From positions 6,510,001-6,574,000 of the forward strand of contig NC_043001.1 in assembly GCF_006345805.1 (NCBI RefSeq): 64,000 nucleotides of DNA. The letters run 5' to 3'. The notes beneath the pieces are model-generated. The model saw only the letters and a list, made by a program, of their open reading frames with translations. It made no database searches and was not told where the DNA came from. This DNA comes from Octopus sinensis. Its lineage: Eukaryota. This document shows positions 42,260 through 55,750 of this stretch, piece after piece. How positions within the stretch are numbered: the first letter of the stretch is position 1; each line of letters starts with the position of its first letter. The translations under genes and the position numbers were made by a program.

Positions 42260-42470
42260 GTGTATTCTTTGTGTGTCTGTGTTTGTCTCCAACATCGCTT
42301 GACAACCGATGCTTGTGTGCTTACGTTCCCCGTTTCGGCAAAAGAGACCGTAGAATAAGTCTAGGCTTAATAGAATATGTCCTGAGGTCGATGTGCTCGA
42401 CTAAAAGCAGTGCTCCAACATGCCACAGCCAAATGACTGAATCAAAAAAAAGTAAAAGAATAATTGAGTA
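42255..42470 (+). mobile_element. SINE family 2, 3' half
   Basis: cgcttgacaaccgatgct...ggcaaaagagacc...gtgctccaacatgccacagccaaatgactgaa. Confidence 0.75.
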
Positions 42471-42519
42471 TATATATATATATATATACGCGAGAAAGAA
42501 GCAACAAGAATGGATAGGT

Positions 42520-42615
42520 TTTTAGTACGATCGTTTCATACAAGGACAGGTTTTGTTTATTAAAAGTTGCAAAGATTACAGCAATATAACCGAGTCCCGT
42601 ACTCATCAGCTAAAA
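42520..42615 (-). ncRNA. Type I hammerhead ribozyme, intact core, extended stem II
   Basis: ttttag-CTGATGA-gtacgggac...gtccttgtat-GAAA-cgatcg-TA-ctaaaa; stem I 6 bp, stem III palindrome ACGATCGT, GUA site; G-U rather than G-C at 10.1-11.1. Confidence 0.75.
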
Positions 42616-42994
42616 TACTTAATTCTCTATACATCCTAGTGTTTGAGGCTATACTCATGAAGTAATGTAAATATTAAACAGATTTCTAAGTTCATTAAAG
42701 TTCCTTAAAGATGATGTTATAGTCTTATCACAGAATTTTAAAAAAGTTTTGATAGCATCACAGAGAAGGTTGACCTAATCCATATGAATTTCCATAGATA
42801 TGATGAGGGATTATATCTCACAGAAGACAAATTTATCCATTGTTATTAGCATTACAGAGAGGGTGAATTAATCCTTTAATTAATTAATCCTTGAATTAAG
42901 AACTTTAATGAACTTTAGAAATCTGTTTTAATTATCTACATTACTTCATGAGTATAGCCTCAAACACTAGGATGTCTAGAGAACTTACATGTAT

Positions 42995-43085
42995 TTTAGC
43001 TGATGATGTACGGGACTCGTTTATATGCTGTAATCTTTGCAACTTTTAATAACTTGTGTCCTTGTATGAAAACGTATTACTAAAA
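42995..43085 (+). ncRNA. Decayed paralog of the 42520 hammerhead
   Basis: ttttag-CTGATGA-tgtacgggac...gtccttgtat-GAAA-acgtattac-taaaa; extra T after the core, stem III palindrome lost. Confidence 0.55.
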
Positions 43086-43247
43086 ACCTATCCATTCTTG
43101 TTGCTTCTTTCTCGCTTATCACCCCACATTACTGTATTGTTAAATCAGTATACGTTTTTTTTGTGGTGCATCTAAGTTAGGTACCATATTCAAGTAAATT
43201 TTTTAAATTACTTGAATCTTTATTGCTCTTTGTATATATATATATAT

Positions 43248-43294
<47 letters not shown>

Positions 43295-44953
43295 TATATG
43301 TATATATTTTATCATTATATTTCCGATACTAACGCAGATTTAGCAAATCCAGTTTTTACATTACGATTGGCTGCGTTTATATTGTTGTTACCTTAAAATA
43401 ACAGTCCAATAGTTAAGTTTTCTTGCAATGTGTAGTCGATATTATAACATAGCATTACATATGGCCTGTTATTATTGCAATTATTCCAGAAATTTCTCTG
43501 AATATATGACACATAAGTAGTACACAAACACACACACACACACATAATTTTTTTTCCATAATGAGATAAAAAAAAACAAGACTGTTTAATATGACCTGCG
43601 CTGGACCCCTTATTCGCATAGTCTCCGAACCTGGAATTCAACTATGGTCTATCTATAGCACTTACTCAGCATTACCTGATACCTTTGGGTCTTACTGATA
43701 CCATTACCTCTCATAACCTACATATATACATATATATGTGTGTGTGTGTGTTTGTGTTTGTGTGTGTTTGTGTGTGTTTGTGTGTGTGTGTGTGTGCGTA
43801 TTTATATATTGCTAAGTATTATAAATTTAACTATGGTATTTCATTAAGCTTATGTTTGAAAGTAAATTTTGAAATAAGTGGGACTTGTTGAAAGGACATG
43901 TGGTCAACTGCGCATCTTATCTTTAATTCTGCCCAATGCAGAGACACATGTTGGAGACGAGATGTTTAAACAACATTTTCCCTGTAACTTACACATGGTT
44001 TTCAATTACCCTTGTACATCGTCCTCAAAAGTGTTTTCAAACGTTGTCAATCTATTTTGAAAATTACACCGAAACGCATTAATCCACATTGAGGTTGAAA
44101 ATAATAAAGAAAATTATACAAGAAATTGTGAAAAAATAGAAGAAGAAAATGAAACAAATATCATAATTGGATTCCACTGAATATTTCTGAGATTGTGTGA
44201 TATTTATATATAAAAAAGATAGTATGCATTTTAAAGCATTCATGAATTTATTAGAGGTTGAATTCAATTTGTTCTTATATGATTTTTATTCATATAAACA
44301 TTAATAAAAAATATATATACGTTGGGGTTCACTGATATTAAGGAAAATATGGAAGGAAAAATCCAAATGCCCAAAACCATAAATAGATACAATCGCAAAA
44401 ATTGGAACAAGCATGCAATAAAAAATGGATGAAGAAAATAAAAGAGGGGAAATATATAACAAAAAATTCAAAAACAAAACTCGCAAAAAAAAAGGATAAA
44501 TAAAATAAAACCTCGCAGAATTGCAACCTCAAAAATGCAATTACTGCCAAATCTTTTGAAAAAACATTTCATTCATGGCTAAATTTAATAACCAATTATT
44601 CTGTATGAGATCTGTTATACAATTCCATTGAATCTCGAAGAAATATTTGTAGTCAAAAGATAGCCTTTAATGACTCTTTTCTCAATAGAATAAGAATATT
44701 TTTTATTGTATTCAAGTAGCTGATTGTGGAAGTCAGAGAAATATTTGATTTAATACCTTGTCCTTGTCTTGAAAACATTACCATTTCAATGGCCTATCTC
44801 AGCTTTCCCCGTTACATTTTAGCATTCATGCTTTCTTGCATTCATGCTGTCCATTTCTGTATCTAATTCATTCTATTTATTTATCTCTTCATATCTTTGC
44901 TATATTTACATGTTGTCTCCTTCATACACTTACTTATATCTCTGCTGATATAT

Positions 44954-45005
<52 letters not shown>

Positions 45006-45025
45006 TATATATATTTATATATATA

Positions 45026-45396
45026 TGGAAGCACTCGTCGGTTACGACGACGAGGGTTCCGGTTGATCCGAATCAACGGAACAGCCTGCTCGTGTAAGTG
45101 GCCTGAGCACTCCACAGACACGTGTACCCTTAACGTAGTTCTCGGATATTCAGCGTGACACAGAAAGTGACAAGGCAGGCCCTTTGAAATACAGGTACAA
45201 CACAAACAAAAGAAGTAAGAGTGAGAGAAAGTTGTGTGAAAGAGTACAGCAGGGATCACCACCATCCCCTGCCGGAGCCTCGTGGAGCTTTAGGTGTTTT
45301 CGCTCAATAAATACTCACAACATCCGGTCTGGGAATCGAAACCGCGATCCTATGACCGCGAGTCCGCTGCCCTAACCACTGGGCCATTGAGCCTCC
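45026..45396 (-). mobile_element. Full-length SINE family 3
   Basis: Near-identical to 29350-29733; inserted in (TA)n. Confidence 0.88.
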
Positions 45397-46390
45397 ACTA
45401 TAATATATATATATATATTATATAATAGTATATATATATATATATATGTATATATTCATATATATATATATTTATAATATATTATATGCATTATATATAT
45501 ATATACATGCATATAATGTGTGCGTACGTACATATATACATATATAAATATATATGTATGTATGTGTGCGGTTATATATATATATATAGATATATCTATA
45601 TATATTATATATATATATATGGTGTGAGACGAGAGAGAGAGAGCACAGTGGCGGGTGAGAGGGAAAGCTGAAACTGTAATATCCACATGAGAACCATATC
45701 TTAAACACTATCACAACTGATTTATTTCATTACAGATCGTCGTTAATATTGCGGCTCTTGCCGTATTCCGCTAAGAAGAGAGTCTCACTGAGGTATAATT
45801 GTTTGAACAATAATTACAAACTAAAGATGGCTTGCATATTTGTTGAGTTTTGCTGTAGAAATCTCTCTATTGTTATATACCGACGAAGAGTCTCCCAGGC
45901 ATAAAACCTCAAAGGTATTGTTCAGCTGAGTTTCCCAACACTCTTTTCTTACTCTTTCTCTTCGTGGGGTGTGTTCATGCGGGAACACAGTCCTGGAGGC
46001 CTTCCCTTGAACACATCGACTCGAAAACACATTTAAAAGTCTTGTAGTGCTTATCTCACTTTCTGCAGACATACGGATAGTTTACGGCACTGTCCGGGGA
46101 CGCAAACACAAAGAAGTAGAATCCAGACAGTGAAGGAAGGAAAATAGAAACAAATGTACACTTATATATATATATACTTGCACGCAGGCACTTCTGTGTG
46201 CATTATATATAGATACACAAACACATGCATATACAGCTGATAAAGGAAACGGAAGTTGGATTTAATTTCCTTATTAAGTATAAACTCAACAAACACTGCG
46301 GATTACCTGACGTAAATGCAGTGAACATTATATAGTTACTCTGGATAGCACAACGTAGACCAAACAATAGACATATGCCTTAAAGCTCAA

Positions 46391-46432
<42 letters not shown>

Positions 46433-46751
46433 AGTAGAAATATGTTACGAAAAGAAAACATAAAATACACGTGGAAATGTAAGGGTAAAATATGAAAAAT
46501 CAACGAAAATGCACATTTCAATTCAAATAAAAGAAGTCTATTTATGACAGGTAAAGACAAATATATACATTTAGATTGACTGAGGTAGTAAGTAATACGA
46601 GTCATAAAAGTCATTATTATGAGATGATTATACGATGATAATAAAGTAAGAGAGCAAAGCGTACCATGCTTTACGCTAGCTATTCATCGTTAACCGGTGT
46701 TGTTGTATATATATATATATATAATATATATATATATATATACATATATAT

Positions 46752-46915
46752 AGGCGTAACAGCATGGTAAGAAGCTTTCTTCTAAACTACATGTCTCTGC
46801 GTTCAATCTCACTGCGAGGCACATTGGGAAAGTGTCTTCTACTATATCTTGGTACCGGCCAAAGTATTGTGAGTGGGTTTGGTAAACGAAAACTGAAAGT
46901 AGCCTGTCAGAACTT
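46752..46915 (+). mobile_element. SINE family 2, 5' part, degraded
   Basis: ggcacattgggaaagtgtcttctactata...gtgagtgggtttggtaaacgaaaactgaaag. Confidence 0.7.
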
Positions 46916-48006
46916 GACAGAACTGGAAGAAGCTCATGTAAGATGATATTCTCTGTCACCGCGCAAGTATGGCAGAATCTCTTTCGCCCTCCCCCGCCCC
47001 GTCTTCAACATATCTGGTCATTTCTTCATTTCTAGGTCAACAAAGTTGAAGGTTTCTGGAAAATATCCATTGTAACCGAATGACACAAAGGCTCAGTGGA
47101 ACTTGGTAGTTACGATAAAACGGTCGGTGTTTAGAGGATGGAGAAGATGAAAATAATAAGTATAAAGCAGAAAGGAAAAAAATACAAGTAGTGGAGAGAG
47201 GGAGACAGAAGAGGAAAGAAGAGGGAAGAAGAATACGGAAGGAAAAGTGGTGAGGAGAGGACATGGAGTAAATAAAGAGAAAGACATGAAAAATAAACAA
47301 GAAGAACAGAGGGAGGAGAAAGAAGAGGCCAAGGGAGAGGAGGAAGAGAGGATATGGGGCTGATGGAGTAGGAGGAGAGTAAAAGAGGATGAAAAGAAGA
47401 AAAAAGGGAAGGAAGAGTGCAGGAATATTGACTCCTACCACAGCAAAATTTAGTAACGCCGCAGCATCTTCAAAATCTGACGAAGAAATGACACAACCCT
47501 GATTTTCTTGTATCAGCATATTTCGTACTGTAACCTGTCTGAGCACAAAAGCCTTCATTTTAACTGCAGAGTTAATAAGAATATATTATGTAAATCCGAA
47601 GCACAAATCTAATCTTGCATCGGAATTTCATGGTGCTCATCTCGTAAATGATTTGTGAGATATTTCAAGGTTACCTACCAAATATACGACTGATTATCCA
47701 CGCACAATTATAAGAGTCGTGTGTGAATATAATTAAACCTTACGTCAGGAACTGAGTTATGTATTTAACGAGCCGGTAAGAGGTACGATGTATTGGGAGA
47801 GGATAACGTAAATTTAGATTAGAATTCCCTGGATTTGACGTAAGAATGTCATTCCTGGGGAAGTGGTTGTGTAAATTAACCGATATTTCCGAAATTATTG
47901 TGCACGACGACATTGTATTGCTGATATTACGTGTAATTTATAAACTCCGAACGTACCTAATAAATTTCATTAGTAAAAGAATGCAGTGCACACACACACA
48001 CATCTG

Positions 48007-48070
<64 letters not shown>

Positions 48071-48199
48071 ATATATATATCTATATCTACATATATGTAT
48101 ATATATATATATACATACATATATATATGTATGTATGTATGCGTTTATCGATCTATTTTATTCAAGGTAGGTAAGTACTACCTACCTGGAAGGCACGTC

Positions 48200-48233
<34 letters not shown>

Positions 48234-48237
<4 letters not shown>

Positions 48238-48562
48238 TAATTGTTATCGCCATATTAATATGGCATTCTTAAATATAAGAGTAATCGCTGCCGCTGGTCA
48301 GCTGCATGAGGCCACCGCCTTAAGATAGCTATTGATATACGATCTGTATCCATTATAACCTTCGACAATACCCCGAAACGCGTCTGTAGCTGTCGGACTG
48401 GCAGTGTGAAGCGGCTGACCTCCCTTGTTCGAAGGTTATAATGGATACAGATCGTGTATCAATAGCTATCTTAAGGTGGTGGCCTCATGGAGCTGACCAG
48501 CGGCAGCGATTATTCTTATATCTATAAGAATGCCATATTAATATGGCGATAACAATTAATTT
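48234..48562. repeat. Near-perfect inverted repeat (about 130 bp arms, about 64 nt spacer)
   Basis: aaattaattgttatcgccatattaatatggcattct...ataaccttcga versus tcgaaggttat...ggcgataacaattaattt. Confidence 0.92.
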
Positions 48563-48617
48563 CCAGTAAACGCTGTCGTAATCTCTTTTATAGAGACTTA
48601 GTAATTTTAATATTTCT

Positions 48618-48673
<56 letters not shown>

Positions 48674-48768
48674 ATATATATATATATATTACCGGAGTAA
48701 ACACATAAATGTGAAACAAGGTGAAAAAAGAGTACTCAAATACCATAGGCAGTGTAATATGCTTTATT

Positions 48769-48851
48769 TAAAAGCAGCAGAAAATTCAACAAAACCTGTT
48801 GTAACGTGAAACTCAGAGTAACAGGTTTTGTTGAATTTTCTGCTGCTTTTA
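48769..48851. repeat. Perfect 32-bp hairpin whose 19-nt loop holds the 3' half of an HHR
   Basis: taaaagcagcagaaaattcaacaaaacctgtt and its exact reverse complement; GAAA-ctc-a-gag-TA at 48808-48820. Confidence 0.85.
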
Positions 48852-49169
48852 GATAAAGTATATATATATATTATATATATATATATATAATACAAATATA
48901 AATTTAATAGTTTTAATATATTTTTTAATAAAATATTTAAGTGAAAAGTATTGTGTTTGTCGACCGGTTTCCATTTTGCTAATCTTGACATTGAAATTAT
49001 TTTAATTTCGTATCGTTTTAAAAGAAGAATTTTTCCATGTTTTGTATGGGGGTTTGTGAATCAATCGAATCAACAGGTAGAACAATTGGTTTCGTGGTGG
49101 TTGTTCACACAATCGTGAGTGTACCGTCGAAACCACTAAGCCATGAACCTTTACATATATATATATATA

Positions 49170-49345
49170 TATTCTTTAATTGTTTCAGTCATTTGACTGC
49201 GGAGCACCGCCTTTAGTCGAGTAAATCGTCTCCCAGACTTATCCTTGTAAGCCTAGTACTTATTCTATCTGTTTCGTTTGCCGAACCGCTAAGTATCAGT
49301 GACGCAAACACACCAGTATCGGTTGGCAAGTAAGGTTCAGGGAAC
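49170..49345 (-). mobile_element. SINE family 2, 3' half
   Basis: ttgtttcagtcatttgactgcggagcaccgcctttagtcgag...gccgaaccgctaagt. Confidence 0.8.
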
Positions 49346-49407
49346 ACACACAAACAAAACTACATGCATATATACATATATACATAAATACACGCACACA
49401 CACACAC

Positions 49408-49437
<30 letters not shown>

Positions 49438-49442
<5 letters not shown>

Positions 49443-49768
49443 TCAGTGAGGATCATATGGATCGTGAGGTTGTGAGCTCGAATCCCGGACCGGGCTGCGT
49501 GTTGTGTTCTCGAGCAAGGCACTTTATTTCACGTTGCTCCAGTTCACTCTGCTGTAGAAATGAGTTGCGACGTCACTGGTGCCAAGCTGTATCGATCTTT
49601 GTCTTTCCCTTGGATAACACTGGTGGCGTGGAGAGGGGAGGCTGGTATGCATGGGCGACTGCTGGCCTTCCATAAACAACCTTGCCCGGACTTGTGTCTA
49701 GGAGGATAACTTTCTAGGTGCAATCCCATGGTCATTCATGACCGAAGGGGGTCTTTACCCTTTACCCT
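49438..49768 (+). mobile_element. tRNA-type SINE family 4
   Basis: atggctcagtg...gagctcgaatcccgg head; gagcaaggcactttatttcacgttgctccagttcactc central domain; accctttaccct tail. Confidence 0.7.
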
Positions 49769-50371
49769 ATATATATATATATACATGTATATATATGTAT
49801 GTGCATTTATACATGCATATAGATATATACAAAAATGTATGTATATATAAGTATGCATATAGGAAAATAGATGGAGATACTTTTATATAGATATGTAGCA
49901 TTTGTGTGTGTGTGTACGTGTGAGTGTGTCTGTGTAAGTAGATACACATGCATATACGCGCGCACACGCATATATATATATTTTTTAATATAGTACAAAT
50001 ATGATATGCGATCCCAAACATCAATTTGCAGAAGTCATGAACTTCTTTTGTTTGCAGTTTATTTATTGGTGTAACATTGTAAAGGAAAGACAAAATTACA
50101 TAAAGTCATTTAATCATTTATAAAGTTTTGCGTTCTATACAAATTGAAACAAAATATATTTTGTAGTAGCAAAAAAAAAATTTAAATGGGGAGGATAACG
50201 AGAATTGACATGGGAATATATTCAAAACCTACTCGTATACAGACGCAAATATGTATTCTGTACAAAAAAAAATCAGGAAATATACCATATACTTACATGC
50301 ATGGAGTACGCATGATTGTGTGCGCTATGTATGGGCTTCTATGTGTGTGAATGTGCGTGTATATACGTACG

Positions 50372-50422
<51 letters not shown>

Positions 50423-50625
50423 ATACGTGTGTATGTGTATGTGTGAGCATGTATGTATGTACATAGATATGTCTGTATAAGTGTATGTATGTATGTATGT
50501 ATGTGTGTGGACATATAGAATTAAAATTACGTATGAGAGTAAGACATGTAACTCTCTATGAATTATATTGTGTGCGTTTGTGTGTATTCATATATATGTG
50601 TATATATATATGCAAATATATATTC

Positions 50626-50656
<31 letters not shown>

Positions 50657-51094
50657 CATGTATATATTATACACACACACACATATATATATATATGTTT
50701 ACACATATAATTTCGTTTTTTGTATGTAAATAATAAAGTAGTAAATAAAAATTTCTTTATTGTATATAAGCAAACACATTTATCTAATTTCGTATTTGCC
50801 TTTCGAATTGAAATTTAGACAACGCAAATTAGAAATGCTCAATGGAAGCAAATCTATCTTCAGTAGAACTAGTATTTTATCATTTTTGTCATCGTTATTA
50901 ATCTTAAATTTTTCGAAGTACATTTATATCAATATCATAATTTAAAATATGTATACTTTGTATTTATTACTTATATTTGAAAAATAGATATAGATATCAA
51001 AGCTGAATAAATGTGGGGAATAAGCATAGCAAACTGTAATGAGTGAATGATTGTAGCAGAAGTCATGGCAGAGAAGTCGTTGTTTTCGATTTAT

Positions 51095-51700
51095 CATGTG
51101 AATATTATTTTCTGCTCTAGGCACAAGAGCCGAAAATTTTAGGGCTGGGGCTAGTTGATTAGATCGACTCCAGTACGAATCTGGTACTAAATTTTTCGAA
51201 CCCGAAATGATGAAGGACAAAGTCGACCACGGCGGAATTTGAACTCAAAACGTAAAGAGAGATGAAATACCAATTTCTTTAATACACACAAGGGGCTAAA
51301 CACAGATAGGACACACGCGGACAGACAAACGGATTAAGTCGATTATATCGACACCAGTGCGTAACTGGTACTTATTTAACTGACCCCGAAACGATGAAAG
51401 GCAAAGTCGACGTCGGCGGAATTTTAACTCAGAACGTAACGGCAGACGAAATACCGCAAAGCATTTCGCCCGGTGTGCTAACTCTTCAGCCAGCTTGCCG
51501 CCTTATAATGAGAGATACATTCTTTTCTACTCTAGGCATAGGGTCCGAAAGTTTTGGGGACCTCCAATACGAAACTGATATTTAATTTATCGACGCCGAA
51601 ATGATGAAAGGCAAAGTTGACCTCGGCGGAATTTGAACTCAGAATGAGGAGATGGATGAAATACCGCCAAGCCTTTCGCTCGGCGTGCTAAACATGTCTC
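51095..51700 (-). mobile_element. Cluster of about three SINE family 1 units
   Basis: Three repeats of gatgaa.g.caaagt.gac..cggcggaattt.aactca. Confidence 0.85.
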
Positions 51701-52339
51701 CTTGAAGAGAGTTATATTGAAAGTTGGATGAATCAGCAGAGTTGCGGTTTTTGATTCATAAATCTCCTGTAGGTAGATGTTGCATCGTGCACGATGGAGC
51801 AATGGCATAAGCGTAAAAAATCCGTGTTGTGTGGTATGTTGGTTGAATATTTAGTGCAACAGAGACGAGAATAGTGAGAAAATGAGTGAGACTGAGCTCT
51901 CGTAGAGTCTTTCTTAATAGACAGGCTGGTTTTTCACATTTACCTCCACATATTTGTTGGATATGACGATGTTGGATATGTCGATGTTGTGTATGTATAT
52001 GAATGTATATGTGTGTGCGCACGAGTGTGCGCGAGTGAGTGAGAGAGAGAGAGAGTGTGTGTGCGTGAGTATGTGTGTGTGTTTGTGTGTAGGGGTTCGT
52101 GTCCTTGTCAATGTGACTCGATTCTTCATTTGATTTGGAAAAAGTTATAATGTAAAATCTTTAAATACACAATAACTGTTTTTCAACCTCTCCCTTCTAA
52201 TTCTTTAGCAAACCCGACGTCAAATTTGCGTTTCTTTTCATTAACCTCTTACGTTTTCAATGGATAACCAGTTCCATTTTCAAATGTTTTACTCACAGTT
52301 TATAACAAATCCGGTTTTCATCTATTTGTTATTACATTT

Positions 52340-52475
52340 ATTTTTATTCCATCGATGTCGACTTTGCCTTTCATCGTTTCGGGGTCGATAAATTCAGTAC
52401 CAGTTACGCACTGGGGTCGATTTAAACCGCTAGTCCCTTCCTTCAAACTTTCAGGCCTTGATCCTTTAGTAGAAA
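52340..52475 (+). mobile_element. SINE family 1 fragment
   Basis: gtcgactttgcctttcatcgtttcggggtcgataaattcagtaccagttacgcactggggtcgat. Confidence 0.8.
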
Positions 52476-52867
52476 AGATTTTATTAATTTTTTTACTTAT
52501 TTCTGATGACGCAGGCACGCGAGATGAGTTGATTACATGAGTTACATGTATTACTGGCGTGATATATTAAACCACGATCTTACGTTCGAGATTTTGTTTC
52601 CCGACGTCTTTTTGCCAATTTGAACGCAACGATTTGTTTCACGGGGCTCTAGTCCATCTATAAGACAAAATAGAGTTGCAACTATTATTCAAAAGCGCCA
52701 CTCTTGACAGAATCCGTGTGATGCTAGATATCCCGAACAACTATATATATATGTATATATATATGTATATCTATCTATCATATATATATATATATATCTA
52801 AATATGTATATATATATATATATATTATAATATATATATATATATACGTATATATATGTAATATATA

Positions 52868-52922
<55 letters not shown>

Positions 52923-53782
52923 TGTATATGTATGTATGTATATATGTATAGAAAGAGAACGCAACAAATCGTTTAACGGTTTGCTCTCGTTTAGCTATTC
53001 AAAACAGGTTATTCAACAGTTGATATATTAATCCAATAATATTCTTATAAATGAAGAGTTCGCCCAAAATTCTGAATATATTATCTCAACAATATAGGTT
53101 TCCTACAATATATACTATCGTCAATACTATATCAAGAATTATTCCCAATTTGCATAATTCTTTCGATATATGCATATACATACATACTTACATACATACA
53201 TACATACATATATACATACATACATACATACATACATACCTACGTACATACATACATACCTATGTATATATATATATATATATATAATATATAATAATAT
53301 ATATATATATATATGTAGCTTTACACAGACAGATACATAGATAGACAAAGAGACAGGTAGATAGGCAGGTAGACATAGGAATTCATTTTCAAATATACAA
53401 TGTGAATAAATAGTAAGTATTATCAGAAAATGGTAACATTGGAATACATTAGCGGAATGAGTTGTGTGTAGGGAATTTAAACAAATTTCGCAAAACATTT
53501 AAAAATACTATCCACACACGCATTGTCGCAGTAGAGTATCCTAACACTAATTGCATTGGCATTTCTATCTATCTATCTATCTATCTATCTCTTTTTCTCT
53601 CTCTCTCTGTCTATATATGTGTCCATATATATATATATACTTACCTTAACCATCCGCATAATCTCTATTTTTTCTGTATATCATTCTACCATAATTAGGT
53701 ATATATATATATATATAGATATATTATATATATATATATATAAATATACACATATATATGTATATGTATATATTATATATAT

Positions 53783-53830
<48 letters not shown>

Positions 53831-54052
53831 TATATATATATATCATACATAATACATACATAAATATGTGTACATATATATACATATATATCTATATAAA
53901 CGTATGTGAGGATGCATAAATACATAGGTATATATAGATCATGTATATATACATAAGAGATATATTTTAACAGAAACATGCATATATAAGAATCTATATA
54001 TGTATATATGCGTATACATATATATTCACAAAATACTTACATACACACAGAT

Positions 54053-54104
<52 letters not shown>

Positions 54105-54526
54105 GCATGTGTGTGTGTGTGTGAGTATATGTGTGTGTGAGTGTATTTTTAATGAAGAATAATTGAGGAGAAATTTGTACTTCTGAAATAGCGACGTATG
54201 CTTGCTAATTACGTGTATAACCGCCGATTTATTCCTGATTTATATTCATTTCCATCGACGTCTCGTCTGTCATTATTCGTGTGAGGCGAACGATTAAGAC
54301 ATCTGAGGTAAGTTATATGGCCGAAACGAGATTTATGTCTTTTTAAAACAATATCTATTCAAAACGAAATCAACGTTTTCACGCTTGTCCTACCTATTTA
54401 CACTGTTTACTTGAGGGATTACTCTTAACTCACAAGAACGCACACTCACACATACTTCTATATCCATACATAAGATTATATATACATATATATATATAAA
54501 GATATATATAAATATATTATATATAG

Positions 54527-54587
<61 letters not shown>

Positions 54588-54970
54588 CATACGTAGTAAA
54601 TACACATAGACGAATGTGTTGTATGTTAGGTATATGAATGTAATATAATTTTCTTTTTTGCCATTCAGCAGTGTTCGTATTTGTATTTAAGTATTGAGAT
54701 TCTTCTGTTTTACGACTCGCATTTTCGTTAATGTCACTGAAAATGTAACTCTCAGCAGCTAATTAAGACATCCCTTTATACTAGAATTATATCATTTATT
54801 ATACACTCACCAGTCTTTGTTGTTTTCACGCCTCCTTGTGTTGAGTTGGTTTATGTTTATGATTTAGTAGGTGTAAGCTCACACATACAGACACAGACAC
54901 ACTCGCACACGTACACAGACACATATGCACGATTTTTTCTAATGTATTTGCGTGTATAGTTACTTATTGT

Positions 54971-55325
54971 GGAGGCGCAATTGTCCAGTGGTTAGGTCAG
55001 CGTACTCGCGGTCGTGGATCGCGGTTTCGATTCCAGGACTTTGTGAGTGTTCATTGAGCGAAAGCATCTAAATCTCCATGAGGCTCCGTCAGGGGGTGTT
55101 GTATGCTTTCATCACAACTTTCTTTCACTGTTTCTGTTGTACATGTATTTCAAACGATCAGCCTTGTCGAAAATTATCTCACGCTGAAATTTTCCCAAGA
55201 ACTACGTTTTAAGTTTACATGTGTCTGTGGAGTACTCAGCCACGTACACGTCAATTTCACGAGGAGGCTGTTCCATTAATCGGATCAACCGGAACCCTCA
55301 TTGTCGTAATCGAAGGAGAGCCACG
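54971..55325 (+). mobile_element. SINE family 3, older copy
   Basis: ggaggcgcaattgtccagtggttagg...cgcggtttcgattcc head; ggatcaaccggaaccctc tail. Confidence 0.8.
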
Positions 55326-55750
55326 ATTCGACTTATATATATATATATATATATATTTAAGTCGAATCGTATATATATATGAATGAATGTGTGCCGGATG
55401 AATATCCGTTTCAAATTGTAGTATTAGCAGCAACACCTCCCACAGAACATCGATCTTACAGTTTTAAAAAGAGCAATTTAGTGAATGCATTCCTTGATAT
55501 ACTATCAAAATTCAAGATTAGAATTTCGACCACTTTTATCATTCTTTGATGGATTTGAATGAAGGCAATTACTTTTTTCGAATTGCTCAATACAGAAGTC
55601 AAATCTAAAATATATTATGCGCTTCGACTCGCTAAAGGGAATGCGTTAGGATATGTAGACTTTGACATTTACAATGAGGGAATGTAGGTTTGTATATAAT
55701 ATTGATTCAAATCGAGAGAGATAACCAAATATTTCCAACTATATTCTTTA

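Larger units (their letters stand above)
42490..43115. repeat. Head-to-head inverted repeat (about 215 bp arms); each arm contains an HHR copy
   Basis: gcgagaaagaagcaacaagaatggatagg versus cctatccattcttgttgcttctttctcgc; arms about 42490-42706 and 42895-43115. Confidence 0.9.

Noticed and set aside
44040-44560. A-rich stretch with hints of YIYVG (GIY-YIG-like)
   Set aside because: Multiple stops and low complexity; motif too short to assign
47037-47558. 173-aa minus-strand ORF with a hydrophobic F/L/S-rich C-terminus; LIQENQG resembles LIRENQG read near 21.9 kb
   Set aside because: The hydrophobic part is the complement of a purine-rich low-complexity tract; a 6 of 8 aa match is expected by chance in six-frame comparisons
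54192-54307. Plus-strand exon ending at a strong GAG/GTAAGT donor
   Set aside because: Stops in all three frames; the donor overlaps a decayed HHR-like motif
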